The notes under the pieces were generated by a model, which saw nothing but the letters and a program-made list of their open reading frames with translations, searched no databases and was not told the DNA's origin. Source: Deltaproteobacteria bacterium (GTDB taxonomy: Bacteria; Desulfobacterota; Binatia; UBA12015). Taken from it: a DNA stretch of 64,000 nucleotides. The stretch spans positions 9,342-73,341 of the forward strand of contig VGTG01000008.1 in assembly GCA_016874795.1 (NCBI GenBank). The letters are read 5' to 3'. The position numbers and the translations under genes were made by a program. The number at the start of each line of letters is the position of its first letter. Positions within the stretch are counted from its first letter, which is position 1. Below, one piece after another: positions 28,549-38,341 of this stretch.

Positions 28549-29100
28549 ATGAAACGAGATCTCGGGAAGGCACTCGCGGGTCCGGTCCACCTCGTCGGGG
28601 CCGTGCTCGGTCTGGCTCTTCTCGCCGCGGGCTGCGTTCCGGCGGTGACCGGCGCCGCCTACGGCCTGAGCGATCACGGCCCCACGAAGGAGCAGAAGCA
28701 GCTCATCAAGGAGGAGCTCGCGCCCTACCGCTCGCGCGGCGAGAGCGCGATCAGCGGCAAGGTCTTCCTCGAGACGCCGGTCGGTGTCGTCACCGGCGCT
28801 GGACGCTCCGTGCACCTCACCCCGGCGACCTCGTACATGAAGGCTCTCGTCGAGCGGGACGTCATCGGCAAGAACAAGATGATCGACCGTCGCGCCGACG
28901 ACGTCTGGTGGACGACGCGCGCCGACAAGGAAGGCCGCTTCACGTTCTCCTGGTTGCCCGCGGGCGAGTACGTCGTCCTCTGCCCAATCGCGTGGTCGCC
29001 GTCCGGCGGCACGAGCGTGAAGACGGGGATCGCCTACGCGATGGCGAAGGTGGGCCCTCGCGAGCACGTCGTCGGCGACGTCAAGCGAGTCGTGAAGTAG
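28549..29100 (+). CDS. Lipoprotein with carboxypeptidase-regulatory-like beta-sandwich
   Basis: Lipobox LAAGC; ISGKVFL, TRADKEGRFTFSWLPAGEY. Confidence 0.72.
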   Translation: MKRDLGKALAGPVHLVGAVLGLALLAAGCVPAVTGAAYGLSDHGPTKEQKQLIKEELAPYRSRGESAISGKVFLETPVGVVTGAGRSVHLTPATSYMKALVERDVIGKNKMIDRRADDVWWTTRADKEGRFTFSWLPAGEYVVLCPIAWSPSGGTSVKTGIAYAMAKVGPREHVVGDVKRVVK

Positions 29101-29190
29101 TCGGCTCCTCCCGCCGACCTCTGCGCGGCACCGGCCTTGCGACGCCTCAGGCGCTTCGATAGGTCGCGAAGAAGAGGACAGGAGGACATC

Positions 29191-29823
29191 ATGGCGATTC
29201 GCCTGGGAGATATCGCGCCCGATTTCACGGCCGAGACGACGGAAGGCACGATCCGGTTCCACGAGTGGATCGGAGACGGCTGGTGCGTGCTCTTCTCGCA
29301 CCCGAAGGACTTCACGCCGGTCTGCACGACCGAGCTCGGGTACATGGCCAAGATCAAGCCGGAGTTCGAGAAACGCGGGGTCAAGATCCTCGGATTGAGC
29401 GTCGACCCGGTGAGCTCGCACAAGGAGTGGTCGAAGGACATCGAGGAGACGCAGGGGCAGAAGCCCAACTACCCCCTGATCGCGGACCCCGAGCGCAAGA
29501 TCGCGGACCTCTACGACATGATCCATCCGAACGCGCTCGACACGCTGACGGTCCGCTCCGTCTTCGTGATCGGCCCGGACAAGAAGGTGAAGCTGACGCT
29601 GACCTATCCCGCGAGCACGGGCCGGAACTTCGACGAGATCCTGCGCGCGATCGACTCGCTGCAGCTCACCGCGAAGCACAGCGTCGCGACGCCGGTGAAC
29701 TGGAAGTCTGGTGAAGACGTCATCATCGTGCCGGCCCTGTCCGACGAGGACGCGAAGAAGAAGTTCCCGGACGGCTGGAAGGCGAAGAAGCCGTACCTCC
29801 GGATCGTTCCGCAGCCTCGCTAG
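29191..29823 (+). CDS. 1-Cys peroxiredoxin (Prx6 subfamily)
   Basis: RBS AGGAGG; FSHPKDFTPVCTTE, YPASTGRNFDE, VATPVNW. Confidence 0.95.
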   Translation: MAIRLGDIAPDFTAETTEGTIRFHEWIGDGWCVLFSHPKDFTPVCTTELGYMAKIKPEFEKRGVKILGLSVDPVSSHKEWSKDIEETQGQKPNYPLIADPERKIADLYDMIHPNALDTLTVRSVFVIGPDKKVKLTLTYPASTGRNFDEILRAIDSLQLTAKHSVATPVNWKSGEDVIIVPALSDEDAKKKFPDGWKAKKPYLRIVPQPR

Positions 29824-29901
29824 CCTCGCTTTCGTTTCGACGCCGCGCCGCCCGCCCGTCCGGCGGGTGGCGGTCGCCGGCCTCGCGCCGGGGAGATTTG
29901 C

Positions 29902-31965
29902 GTGAGCTCCGAGACCAATCCGCTGCTGTTTCCCGAGGGGCTTCCGCCCTTCGACCGTATCCGCCCGGAGCACGTCGTACCGGGCATGCGCGAGCTGCTC
30001 GGTCGGCTCGGCGACGAGCTCGGACGCGTCGAGGCCGCCGCTGTGCCGACGTTCGAATCGACGATCGAGTCGATCGACCGCGTCGGCGAGAAGATGGGAC
30101 GCGCCTGGGGCGTCGTCGGTCACCTGATGGGCGTCCGCAACGCGGATGCTCTCCGCGAGGCGCACGAATCGGTCCAGCCCGAGGTCGTCGAGTTCTCGCT
30201 CCGGATGGGGCAGAGCAAGCCGATCTACGAAGCACTCCGGAAGCTCGGCGAGAGCCCGGAGCTCGCGCGCGTCGGACCGATACGGAAGCGCATCGTCGAA
30301 TGCGCGCTGCGGGACGCCGTCCTTTCGGGAGTCGCTCTCGAAGGCCCGGCGCGAGAGCGCTTCAACGAGATCCAGCCCGAGCTCGCCGAGTGCGCGACGC
30401 GGTTCTCGAATCACGTGCTCGACGCGACGAAGGCGTGGTCGCTGACGCTCCGGACGCGCGAGGAGATCGCCGGCCTGCCGCAGAGCCTGCTCGCTCTCGC
30501 TGCGCACGCGGCGCGCGAGGCCGGCGAGGAGGGTGCGACGCCGGAGGCGGGTCCGTGGCGGATCACGCTCGACGCCCCGAGCAGCCTGCCGTTCCTGCAA
30601 CACAGCCGCCGCCGCGATCTGCGGGAGACCGTCTACCGCCAGGGCGTCACGCGCGCGAGCCACGGCGAGAACGACAACACGGAGCTGATCCGGCGCATCC
30701 TGAAGCTCCGTCGCGAGGAAGCGGCGATCCTCGGCTACGAGGACTACGCCGCTCTGAGCCTCTCGGTGAAGATGGCGCCGGACGTCGCGACGGTCGAGCG
30801 CATGCTCGAGGAGCTGCGCGAGGCGTCGTTCGGCGCGGCCGAGCGGGACCGCGACGAGCTCGTCGCTCTCGCACGCGCGGAGGGCGCGCCGGAGGCGAGC
30901 GAGCTTCGCCCGTGGGACGTCTCGTTCTGGGCCGAGCGCTTGCGCGAGAAGCGCTACGCCTACACGGACGAGGAGCTTCGCCCGTACTTCCCGTTCCCGA
31001 GAGTGCTCGAAGGTCTCTTCGCGCTCGCGCGGCGCTTGTACGGCATCGACATCACGCCGGCCGACGGCGAGGCGCCGGTGTGGCACCCCGACGTGCGCTT
31101 CTTCCGCGTGCGCGAGGAGTCGGGCGAAGACGTCGCCGCATTCTACCTCGATCCTTACAGCCGTCCGGCGGAGAAGCGCGGCGGAGCGTGGATGGACGAT
31201 TGCATCGGCCGGAAGCCGGGCCGTCTCCCCGTCGCGTACCTCGTCTGCAACCAGGCGCCGCCGATCGACGGAGCGCCGTCGCTGATGACGTTCCACGAGG
31301 TCGAGACGCTCTTCCACGAGTTCGGCCACGGCCTGCAGCACATGCTGACGACCGTCGACGAGCCGATGGCGGCGGGCATCCGCAACGTCGAGTGGGACGC
31401 CGTCGAGCTGCCGAGCCAGTTCATGGAGAACTGGTGCTACCACCGCGAGACGCTGCTCGGGCTCTCGGGCCACGTCGAGACGGGCGAGCGCCTTCCCGAC
31501 GAGCTCTTCGAGAAGATCGTCGCGGCGCGAACGTTCCGCGCCGGCTCGGACATGCTGCGGCAGCTCTACTTCGGCTTCCTCGATCTCGCGCTGCACCACG
31601 GCTCCGATCCGGATTCCGGCGAGTCGCCGGAAGACGTGCAGCGTCGCATCGCGAAGCGGACGACGGTGATCCCGCCGATCCCGGAGGATCGCTTCCTCTG
31701 CTCGTTCGGCCACATCTTCGCCGGGGGATACGCGGCCGGCTACTACAGCTACAAGTGGGCGGAGGTGCTCTCCGCCGACGCCTTCGCCGCGTTCGAGGAG
31801 GCAGGCCTCGACGACGAGCGCGCCGTACGCGAGACGGGACGGCGCTTCCGCGAGACCGTGCTCGCGCTCGGCGGAAGCCGGCACCCGCTCGAGGTCTTCC
31901 GCGCGTTCCGCGGCCGCGACCCATCGACGGACGCGCTCCTGCGTCACGCCGGTCTCCGGAAGTGA
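29902..31965 (+). CDS. prlC: Oligopeptidase A (M3 family)
   Basis: NPLL start, KRGGAWM, LFHEFGHGLQH, DAVELPSQFMENW, FAGGYAAGYYSYKWAE. Confidence 0.93.
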   Translation: MSSETNPLLFPEGLPPFDRIRPEHVVPGMRELLGRLGDELGRVEAAAVPTFESTIESIDRVGEKMGRAWGVVGHLMGVRNADALREAHESVQPEVVEFSLRMGQSKPIYEALRKLGESPELARVGPIRKRIVECALRDAVLSGVALEGPARERFNEIQPELAECATRFSNHVLDATKAWSLTLRTREEIAGLPQSLLALAAHAAREAGEEGATPEAGPWRITLDAPSSLPFLQHSRRRDLRETVYRQGVTRASHGENDNTELIRRILKLRREEAAILGYEDYAALSLSVKMAPDVATVERMLEELREASFGAAERDRDELVALARAEGAPEASELRPWDVSFWAERLREKRYAYTDEELRPYFPFPRVLEGLFALARRLYGIDITPADGEAPVWHPDVRFFRVREESGEDVAAFYLDPYSRPAEKRGGAWMDDCIGRKPGRLPVAYLVCNQAPPIDGAPSLMTFHEVETLFHEFGHGLQHMLTTVDEPMAAGIRNVEWDAVELPSQFMENWCYHRETLLGLSGHVETGERLPDELFEKIVAARTFRAGSDMLRQLYFGFLDLALHHGSDPDSGESPEDVQRRIAKRTTVIPPIPEDRFLCSFGHIFAGGYAAGYYSYKWAEVLSADAFAAFEEAGLDDERAVRETGRRFRETVLALGGSRHPLEVFRAFRGRDPSTDALLRHAGLRK

Positions 31966-31972
31966 AGCGCGC

Positions 31973-32755
31973 GTGAGCGCGCTGCGGATCGCTCCGCGTG
32001 CCGTCGTCACCGGAGCGTCTTCGGGGATCGGCCGCGCGACGGCGCTCGCTCTCGCGCGGGCCGGGCTCGAGGTGCTCGCGGTCGCGCGTCGCGAGCCGGA
32101 GCTCGAGCGCCTCGCCGCGGAAGCGCCCGAGCGGATTCGTCCGCTCGTCGCGGACGTGACCTCGGCAGACGATCGCGTGCGCATCCGCGAGGCGCTTCGC
32201 GGCGAGCCGCTCGGCGCGCTGGTGCACGGCGCGGGAGTCTTCCCGCGCGGGCCCTTGTCCGGGGTGTCTGCGGACGACTGGCGCGCGGCGATGGCGACGA
32301 ACGTCGACGCGCGGCTCCACCTCGTGCAGGAGCTCGCGCCTTCGCTCCGCGGCGGCCGGGTCCTCTTCGTCGGGTCCGACGCGGCGACGACGCCGCGCGC
32401 GGGCGGGGCGGTCTACTCGATCTCGAAGGCAGCCTCGCTGATGCTCTGGCGATGCCTCGCGGTCGAGCTCGGCGACGAGATCACCTTCGCGATGGCGAAG
32501 CCCGGGCTCGTCGCGACCGACATGCTCGAGGGATCGCTCGCGGCGCCGCGCGACGCCTTTCCGGCGGGCGAGGTCTACGAGGCGATGTGCGCGCGGGGAG
32601 AGACCGTCGCTCCGGAGACGGTGGCGCGGTTCTTCCGCTGGCTTCTCCTCGAGACCGACGCGGCCGAGCTCGGCGCCGACGGCTGGGACATCCGCGACCA
32701 GCACCACCACGCCCGGTGGCTCGAAGGGCCGCTTTATACGCCTCGCGGCCGCTGA
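31973..32755 (+). CDS. Short-chain dehydrogenase/reductase (possibly sepiapterin/benzil reductase-like)
   Basis: TGASSGIG, YSISK, PGLVATDM. Confidence 0.85.
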   Translation: MSALRIAPRAVVTGASSGIGRATALALARAGLEVLAVARREPELERLAAEAPERIRPLVADVTSADDRVRIREALRGEPLGALVHGAGVFPRGPLSGVSADDWRAAMATNVDARLHLVQELAPSLRGGRVLFVGSDAATTPRAGGAVYSISKAASLMLWRCLAVELGDEITFAMAKPGLVATDMLEGSLAAPRDAFPAGEVYEAMCARGETVAPETVARFFRWLLLETDAAELGADGWDIRDQHHHARWLEGPLYTPRGR

Positions 32756-32821
32756 GAGAGTGGCCGCGCCGCGCGGAGGCCTCCGTTCCGGGAGACCTCC
32801 CGCGCGTGCAGCTTCGGCGCG

Positions 32822-35290
32822 TCAGGCGTGGACGGCGCTGCGATCCGGGATCGGGAGACCTTCCCGAGCGAGCCGCTCGCGCGCCGCGTCGCGACGCTTC
32901 AGCAGGAACTTTGGCCGCATCACCTTCACGAGCGCCGGCACGACGATCAGACCGCCGATCGTGTTGAAGAGCATCAGCAGCGATAGCAGGAGGCCCATCT
33001 CCGCCTGGAACTTCAGGCTCGAGAACCACCAGAAGATCGTCGCGGCGAACATCGTGCTCGCGGTGAAGATGATGGCGCGACCCGTCGTCGCCGTCGCGTA
33101 GTCCACGGCGTCGTCGACGTCGAGCCCTTCGTCGAACGTATCGAGCATTCGACTGAAGTGGTAGATGCCGTAGTCGACGCCCGCGCCGGCGCCCGCCGCG
33201 GCGACAGGCAGCGAGTTGACGTTCAAGTCGATCCTCCAGAGCACCATCACCATCTCGCACATGAACTGTGCGCCGACGACGGGGATCATCAGGAGGAAGG
33301 TCGCCACGAGGGAGCCGTAGGTCAGATAGAGGCACGCGGCGACGACGGAAAAGACGATGCCGAGAGTCGTCCAGTAGGATTGCTCGACCTTCTCGTTCAC
33401 CGCCGCGAGGATGCCGAACATGCCACCCGCCAGGCGGAACTTGAGGTTGCACTCCTTACCCTCGGCGAGCGCCGCACTCTTCGTCGCGGGGTCGTCGGAG
33501 CAAGCCTGGTTCCCGGCGACCGTGGCCTTCGCGAAACCGTTCGCTTGTTCGATGGCGTGCGTGATCATCGCGTTCGAATGGCCACGGAAGAGAGTCACGA
33601 CCGTCCCGAACTGGGAAGACGGGTCGATGAAGCGGTCGAGGTCACCCGCTTGGCCGCTCTGCGTGAACGCGTAGAAGAGCTGCGCGATGTCCTTGGGCTT
33701 CTCCGGGATGTAGCCCCACTTCGGATCGCCTTCGCGATACAGCCGAGCGAGCTGCTTGATGATGTTGACGACCGAGACGGAGAGAGCCGCGCCTTCGACG
33801 CGCTCCATCTCCATGCCGTACTCCTCCATCAGCTCGAGCGGCTCCTTGGTCTTGATGTTGTCCGGCTTCTGCGTGTCGGCGATCGCGATGAGCTGGTTTC
33901 CGCCGAGGAACTTCGTGTCGATGATGTCGTACGCGACGTTGTACGGGTGATCCGGGAAGAGCAGAGCCGCTCCCGGGCTCATGTCGCCGACCTTCAGCGT
34001 CCGTCCGATCAGGAAGGAGGTCGCGAAAATGATGACGGAGACCACGATCACGACCCAGCGCCGGTAGCCCTCGCTCGACCAGATCGTGAAGTCGGTGACC
34101 GCCTTGTAGAAGCGCTCCGAGAGGCGGTGCGAGATGTCTTCGTCCGTCTGCTCAGGCGGCGGGTTGATGTACTTCAGGATGATCGGGTGCAGCGTCACGA
34201 CGCTGATGAAGATCGAGATGATCCAGAAGCTCGCGAACACCGCGACCTTCTGGATCAGCGGGATCGGCGCGATCGCGACGAGCAGGATGCCGAGACCGTC
34301 GGTCACGATCGCGGCGATCGCCGGCGGGAAGAGCGCGCTATAGGAGACGACGATCGCCTGATCCTTGTCGTGCAGGCGGTGGTACTCCTCGTGGTAGCGA
34401 TCCATCGACTGGACCGAGTGGCTGATCGTCCGCGCGGTCAGGAAGATCGGGATCACCATCACCAGCGGGTCGAGGTTGAAGCCGAGCAGCTGGCCGAAGC
34501 CGATGCCCCAGATGCTCGACAGGATGGCCGAGAACATCGGCACCCAGATGCCCGTCCATGTTCGGAAGTAGATCCACAGCAGGATGGAAATCGTCGCGAA
34601 CGTCAGCGCGAAGACGTAGAGGACCTGCGGCGCGTACCGCAGCACCGAGGTGAAGAGGTACGGGAAGCCGGTGAACATGATGTCGTGGTTCGCATCGTCC
34701 TCGGCGGCTTTCAGGTCTTCGAGCCGTTGGTACAGGTACTGGAAGTCGAGGTCTTCCTCCCAGAATCCCGCCGTGACGAGCGCGGCGGTGTCGTCCTCGG
34801 CGACGTGCACGCCGTGGATGCCCTTCGTGGAGTACACGGCGAAGCGCACTCGCTCGGCGTCCTCCTGTGTTTGAGGAACACCGGGGTAGTAGACCTCTCG
34901 GATCTGCACCGCGCCGCGGAAGGTGCTGATGCTCTTCATCTTCGGCGAGGAGATGGAGAGGATCTGGTACGGCACGACGCCCTTGGTCTCGATGATGAAC
35001 TTGGTGACGCGGTCGATCTTCTGAAGCGTCGCCGGGTTGTAGATGTCGCCGTCTTTGGCCTTGACGACGACCTGCAGCACGTTCGCGGATCCGAACATGC
35101 GCCGGAACTCGTTGTAGATCTTGATGTACTCGTGATTGCGCGGATAGAAATCGAAGAAGTCGGTGTGGAGCTTGAGGGTCCGCATCTGCCAGCAGAAGAA
35201 CACCGTGATCAGCGCGACGAGGATGAGGATGCCTCTGCGATACTTCAGCAGGAAGCGAAGGTAGAGCTCGATCACTCGCATCGGGATCAT
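32822..35290 (-). CDS. MMPL/RND family membrane transporter
   Basis: Two repeats of periplasmic domain plus TM bundle; SHSVQ, GAGVDYGIY, TTGRAIIF; RBS GAGGAG. Confidence 0.88.
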   Translation of the reverse strand: MIPMRVIELYLRFLLKYRRGILILVALITVFFCWQMRTLKLHTDFFDFYPRNHEYIKIYNEFRRMFGSANVLQVVVKAKDGDIYNPATLQKIDRVTKFIIETKGVVPYQILSISSPKMKSISTFRGAVQIREVYYPGVPQTQEDAERVRFAVYSTKGIHGVHVAEDDTAALVTAGFWEEDLDFQYLYQRLEDLKAAEDDANHDIMFTGFPYLFTSVLRYAPQVLYVFALTFATISILLWIYFRTWTGIWVPMFSAILSSIWGIGFGQLLGFNLDPLVMVIPIFLTARTISHSVQSMDRYHEEYHRLHDKDQAIVVSYSALFPPAIAAIVTDGLGILLVAIAPIPLIQKVAVFASFWIISIFISVVTLHPIILKYINPPPEQTDEDISHRLSERFYKAVTDFTIWSSEGYRRWVVIVVSVIIFATSFLIGRTLKVGDMSPGAALLFPDHPYNVAYDIIDTKFLGGNQLIAIADTQKPDNIKTKEPLELMEEYGMEMERVEGAALSVSVVNIIKQLARLYREGDPKWGYIPEKPKDIAQLFYAFTQSGQAGDLDRFIDPSSQFGTVVTLFRGHSNAMITHAIEQANGFAKATVAGNQACSDDPATKSAALAEGKECNLKFRLAGGMFGILAAVNEKVEQSYWTTLGIVFSVVAACLYLTYGSLVATFLLMIPVVGAQFMCEMVMVLWRIDLNVNSLPVAAAGAGAGVDYGIYHFSRMLDTFDEGLDVDDAVDYATATTGRAIIFTASTMFAATIFWWFSSLKFQAEMGLLLSLLMLFNTIGGLIVVPALVKVMRPKFLLKRRDAARERLAREGLPIPDRSAVHA

Positions 35291-35505
35291 GAAAATTCTC
35301 CTCGCGGCAGCCCGTCAGAGGCGGGTGCGTCGTGGTGGAGGAACTCCACGCGAGCTCCGGCCGCACATGGAGTCCGCAATCGCGAAAGCATGACAGTCAA
35401 TCGGAGAAGTGCCGAGGTCGTCTCGTGGGACGAAGCGTTTGCAAAGGCCTGCTCGGCCACCTCCTTGTGGCGTTTCCTTGCATTTTGCCTCGTCCGCGTC
35501 CAGCC

Positions 35506-36753
35506 CTACGCGGCTTCCGAAACGCCGATCACCCCGCGCGAGCGGAGACCCGCGACGTCCTCGTCGGTGAGCCCGAGCTCCTGCCGGAGCACCTCGTCCG
35601 TGTGCTGTCCGAGAGTTGGCCAGCGGCGTGAGGGTTGCTCCTCCATCGCCGAAAGCTTGATCGGATTCCCGACGACGAGTAGGGGCTCGCCCGCATCCGG
35701 CCGAGGGATGCGCAGGAGCATGTTGTGGCTCTCGACGTGCGGATCGCGCTTCAGATCCTCCGTGTCGAAGCAGGGGCCGGCCGCGATGCCGTGCCGCGCC
35801 AGCTCGGTCGCGGCCTCGAGCTTCGTCTTCGATGAGGCCCACGCCTCGATGGCGGGGCGGACGACCGCCTCGAGGTTCTCTCGCCACCCTTCGCGGCTGG
35901 CGAAGCGCGGGTCGTCCCGCCATTCGGGGTGACCGACCGCGTCGGCGAGCGTGGCGAGGTGATGCTCGCGCACGGCTTGCACGACGAAGTAGCCGTCACG
36001 GGCGGCGAAGCCGTCGAAGATGCCGGGCGTCTTCCGTTGCCCGCGGACGCCCATCGACCAGAAGCACGGCGCGATGTCGGCCATCGCGATCATCGCGTCG
36101 AACATCGCGACGTCGACGTACTGGCCGCGTCCCGTGCGGTCCCGCTCCCGGAGGGCGGCAAGGAGCCCGATCGTCGCATAGAGCGCGCTGCCGATGTCGC
36201 CGAGCGCGCCCGCGGGGCCGATCGTCGGCGGCTGCCCGGGCGCGCGCCGGTACTCGTACAATCCGCCCATCGCTTCGGCGATCGGCGCGTAGGCGGCCCA
36301 CGAGCCGTACGGCGAATCGAGGAGATTCCCGAAGCCCGAGACCGAGACGTACACGAGCCCGGGATGGAGCGGTGCGAGGTCCTCGTAGGCGAGCCCGAGC
36401 CGCTTCATCACGCCCGGCTTGAAGTTCTCGCCGACCACGTCGAACCGGGGCACGAGCTTCTTCAGGAGCGCTGCGCCGTCGGGATGCTTCAGATCGATCC
36501 CGAGGCTCCGCTTGTTCAACGAGTTCCGGAGATACGTCGCGCCCACCCGTCGGCCGTCGACGTCGGTGACCGCCGGAAGGGAGCCTCTGCCCGAGTCTCC
36601 GGTCACCGGATGCTCGACCTTCACGACGTCGGCTCCCAGGTGGGCGAGGAGCTGTGTCGCGTAGGGTAGGGCCTGCATCTGCTCGACGGCGAGGATGCGG
36701 ACGCCCGCAAGCGGCCCGCTCGTCGTGCGCTCGGACGGGTTCGCGTCGTTCAT
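35506..36753 (-). CDS. CaiB/BaiF family (class III) CoA-transferase
   Basis: GPLAGVRIL, LGADVVKVE, NKRSLGIDLK, ENFKPG, PTLGQHT. Confidence 0.92.
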   Translation of the reverse strand: MNDANPSERTTSGPLAGVRILAVEQMQALPYATQLLAHLGADVVKVEHPVTGDSGRGSLPAVTDVDGRRVGATYLRNSLNKRSLGIDLKHPDGAALLKKLVPRFDVVGENFKPGVMKRLGLAYEDLAPLHPGLVYVSVSGFGNLLDSPYGSWAAYAPIAEAMGGLYEYRRAPGQPPTIGPAGALGDIGSALYATIGLLAALRERDRTGRGQYVDVAMFDAMIAMADIAPCFWSMGVRGQRKTPGIFDGFAARDGYFVVQAVREHHLATLADAVGHPEWRDDPRFASREGWRENLEAVVRPAIEAWASSKTKLEAATELARHGIAAGPCFDTEDLKRDPHVESHNMLLRIPRPDAGEPLLVVGNPIKLSAMEEQPSRRWPTLGQHTDEVLRQELGLTDEDVAGLRSRGVIGVSEAA

Positions 36754-36860
36754 CGGAAGGTCTCCTTCGGCCGCGGACGGGCGGCCCACGGCCCCGATTA
36801 GCGCCCCGTGTGCGGATTTGCGATGGTTCGCCGTGGCTCCGGCCGGAGCCTCGTGCCGCC

Positions 36861-37586
36861 GTGAGACGCGATCATCGACCCTATTGGATGGTGCGGGCTT
36901 CGCTCGCTCTGGAGCGTGCGTACACGCGCCATTTCCTTCGCCCGCAGCTCGAGCATCTCGGCGAGGGAGCGACGGTGCGGAAGCCGTGGTACGTGCGCCT
37001 CGACGGCGGCGACATCCGCATCGGCCGCTTCACGCAGATCGTCGGCGCGTGGGGACGCCCCGTGGAGATCTGCACGTTCTCGAACGGCGAGCGGAGCGGT
37101 GAGATCCGCATCGGCGATCACTGCCTGATCTCGCCGGGTGCGCGCATCTCGGCGGCAACGCGGATCGAGATCGGGGACGACTCGATGCTCGCCGCGGGCG
37201 TCTACTTGACGGACGCCGATTGGCACGACGTACACGACCGCACGCGCTCGCCCGGTCGCTCGGCGCCGATCGTGCTCGAGCGGAACGTCTGGATCGGCGA
37301 CGGCGTGATCGTCTGCAAGGGTGTGCGGATCGGCGAGAACAGCGTCATCGGCGCGGGCTCGGTCGTCGTCGGCGACGTCGCTCCGAACGCGATCGCCGCC
37401 GGCAATCCGGCGCGCGTCGTGCGCGAGCTGCAGGCCGACGAGCGCCTCGTCACGCGCGCGACGCTCTTCCGCGAGACGCCGCGCGAGATGGAAGCGCGAA
37501 ACGCGTTCCTCCGCTTCTACGTCCTCTGCGGCAACACCTTCGCCGGCTGGCTCCGCGCCCGCCTCTTCCCCCGCACGACCGACTAG
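36861..37586 (+). CDS. Hexapeptide-repeat (LbH) acyltransferase
   Basis: IRIGDHCLI, TDADWH, VWIGDGVIVCKGVRIGENSVIGAGSVV, AGNPAR; GTG start inferred. Confidence 0.85.
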   Translation: MRRDHRPYWMVRASLALERAYTRHFLRPQLEHLGEGATVRKPWYVRLDGGDIRIGRFTQIVGAWGRPVEICTFSNGERSGEIRIGDHCLISPGARISAATRIEIGDDSMLAAGVYLTDADWHDVHDRTRSPGRSAPIVLERNVWIGDGVIVCKGVRIGENSVIGAGSVVVGDVAPNAIAAGNPARVVRELQADERLVTRATLFRETPREMEARNAFLRFYVLCGNTFAGWLRARLFPRTTD

Positions 37587-37669
37587 GGGGTCCGGTTCGT
37601 TACGCCGTATCTGCACCCAGGCTCGAATTGAGCCTGGGTGCAGATACGGCGTAACGAACCGGACCCCCT
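37585..37669. repeat. Perfect 40-bp inverted repeat with 5-nt loop between convergent genes
   Basis: AGGGGGTCCGGTTCGTTACGCCGTATCTGCACCCAGGCTC-GAATT-exact reverse complement. Confidence 0.93.
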
Positions 37670-38217
37670 CAACTCATGTTGCGGACGAGGCGGTCGCCTT
37701 GGGCGGGCTCGACCTCGATGCCGGTCACCTCCATCACGCGCGCCATCAGCATGTAGAAGCCGATCGCGATCGTCAGCTCGACGACCTCGCGCGACGAAAG
37801 ATGCTGCTCGAGCGCCTGCAGTGCCTGGTCGGACGGCCGCACGTCCTTCACGACCTCGTCCGTGAAGGTGAGAACGGCGCGCTCCTTTCCGTCGAAGCAC
37901 GCGGCGGAGACGTCGCCGCGCTCGAGCGCGTCCACCTGCGCCTGCGTGCAACCCGTCTGCAGCGCGATCGGCACGTGCTGCACCCACTCGTACGGTGCCT
38001 TGGACAGATGGGCGACGCGGAGGATCGCGAGCTCGCGGAGGTTTCCCGCGAGGTCCTGGCGAGCGAGGATCGTGCCGCCGAGGCGCAGGAGCGGCTCGAC
38101 GTTCCGCTCCGCGTGGAGCAGGATCCGGAAGACGTTCAGCTTGATCGGCAGGCCTTCCCAGATCTTGCGGATCCGCTCGTGCGCCTCGTCGAGATCGGGA
38201 TACGGAATGCGCGGCAT
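37669..38217 (-). CDS. Carboxymuconolactone decarboxylase/AhpD-like protein
   Basis: MPRIPY start; LRELAILRVA, YEWVQH, ELTIAIGFY. Confidence 0.85.
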   Translation of the reverse strand: MPRIPYPDLDEAHERIRKIWEGLPIKLNVFRILLHAERNVEPLLRLGGTILARQDLAGNLRELAILRVAHLSKAPYEWVQHVPIALQTGCTQAQVDALERGDVSAACFDGKERAVLTFTDEVVKDVRPSDQALQALEQHLSSREVVELTIAIGFYMLMARVMEVTGIEVEPAQGDRLVRNMS

Positions 38218-38341
38218 GGGCACGTCCTAGCACGGGTCCGCGGCCCGGCCACCACCCCTTTGCGCCGCATCACCCCTATGCTTTGCTGCCGCCCGAATCC
38301 CCCAGGGGGACCGTCCCCGTTTTCGCGAAAACCACCGAGGA

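Noticed and set aside
924-35932. Very long ORFs in the track such as 924..3530, 964..3639, 4223..7726, 15467..19141, 28456..32184 and 33158..35932
   Set aside because: Arg/Ala/Pro-rich shadow frames overlapping well-supported genes; expected from stop-codon scarcity at high GC
37585-37669. Tn3-family terminal inverted repeats (GGGG start, ~38-40 bp)
   Set aside because: No TAAG inner end, no 5-bp target duplication and no transposase or resolvase; kept only as an unclassified palindrome
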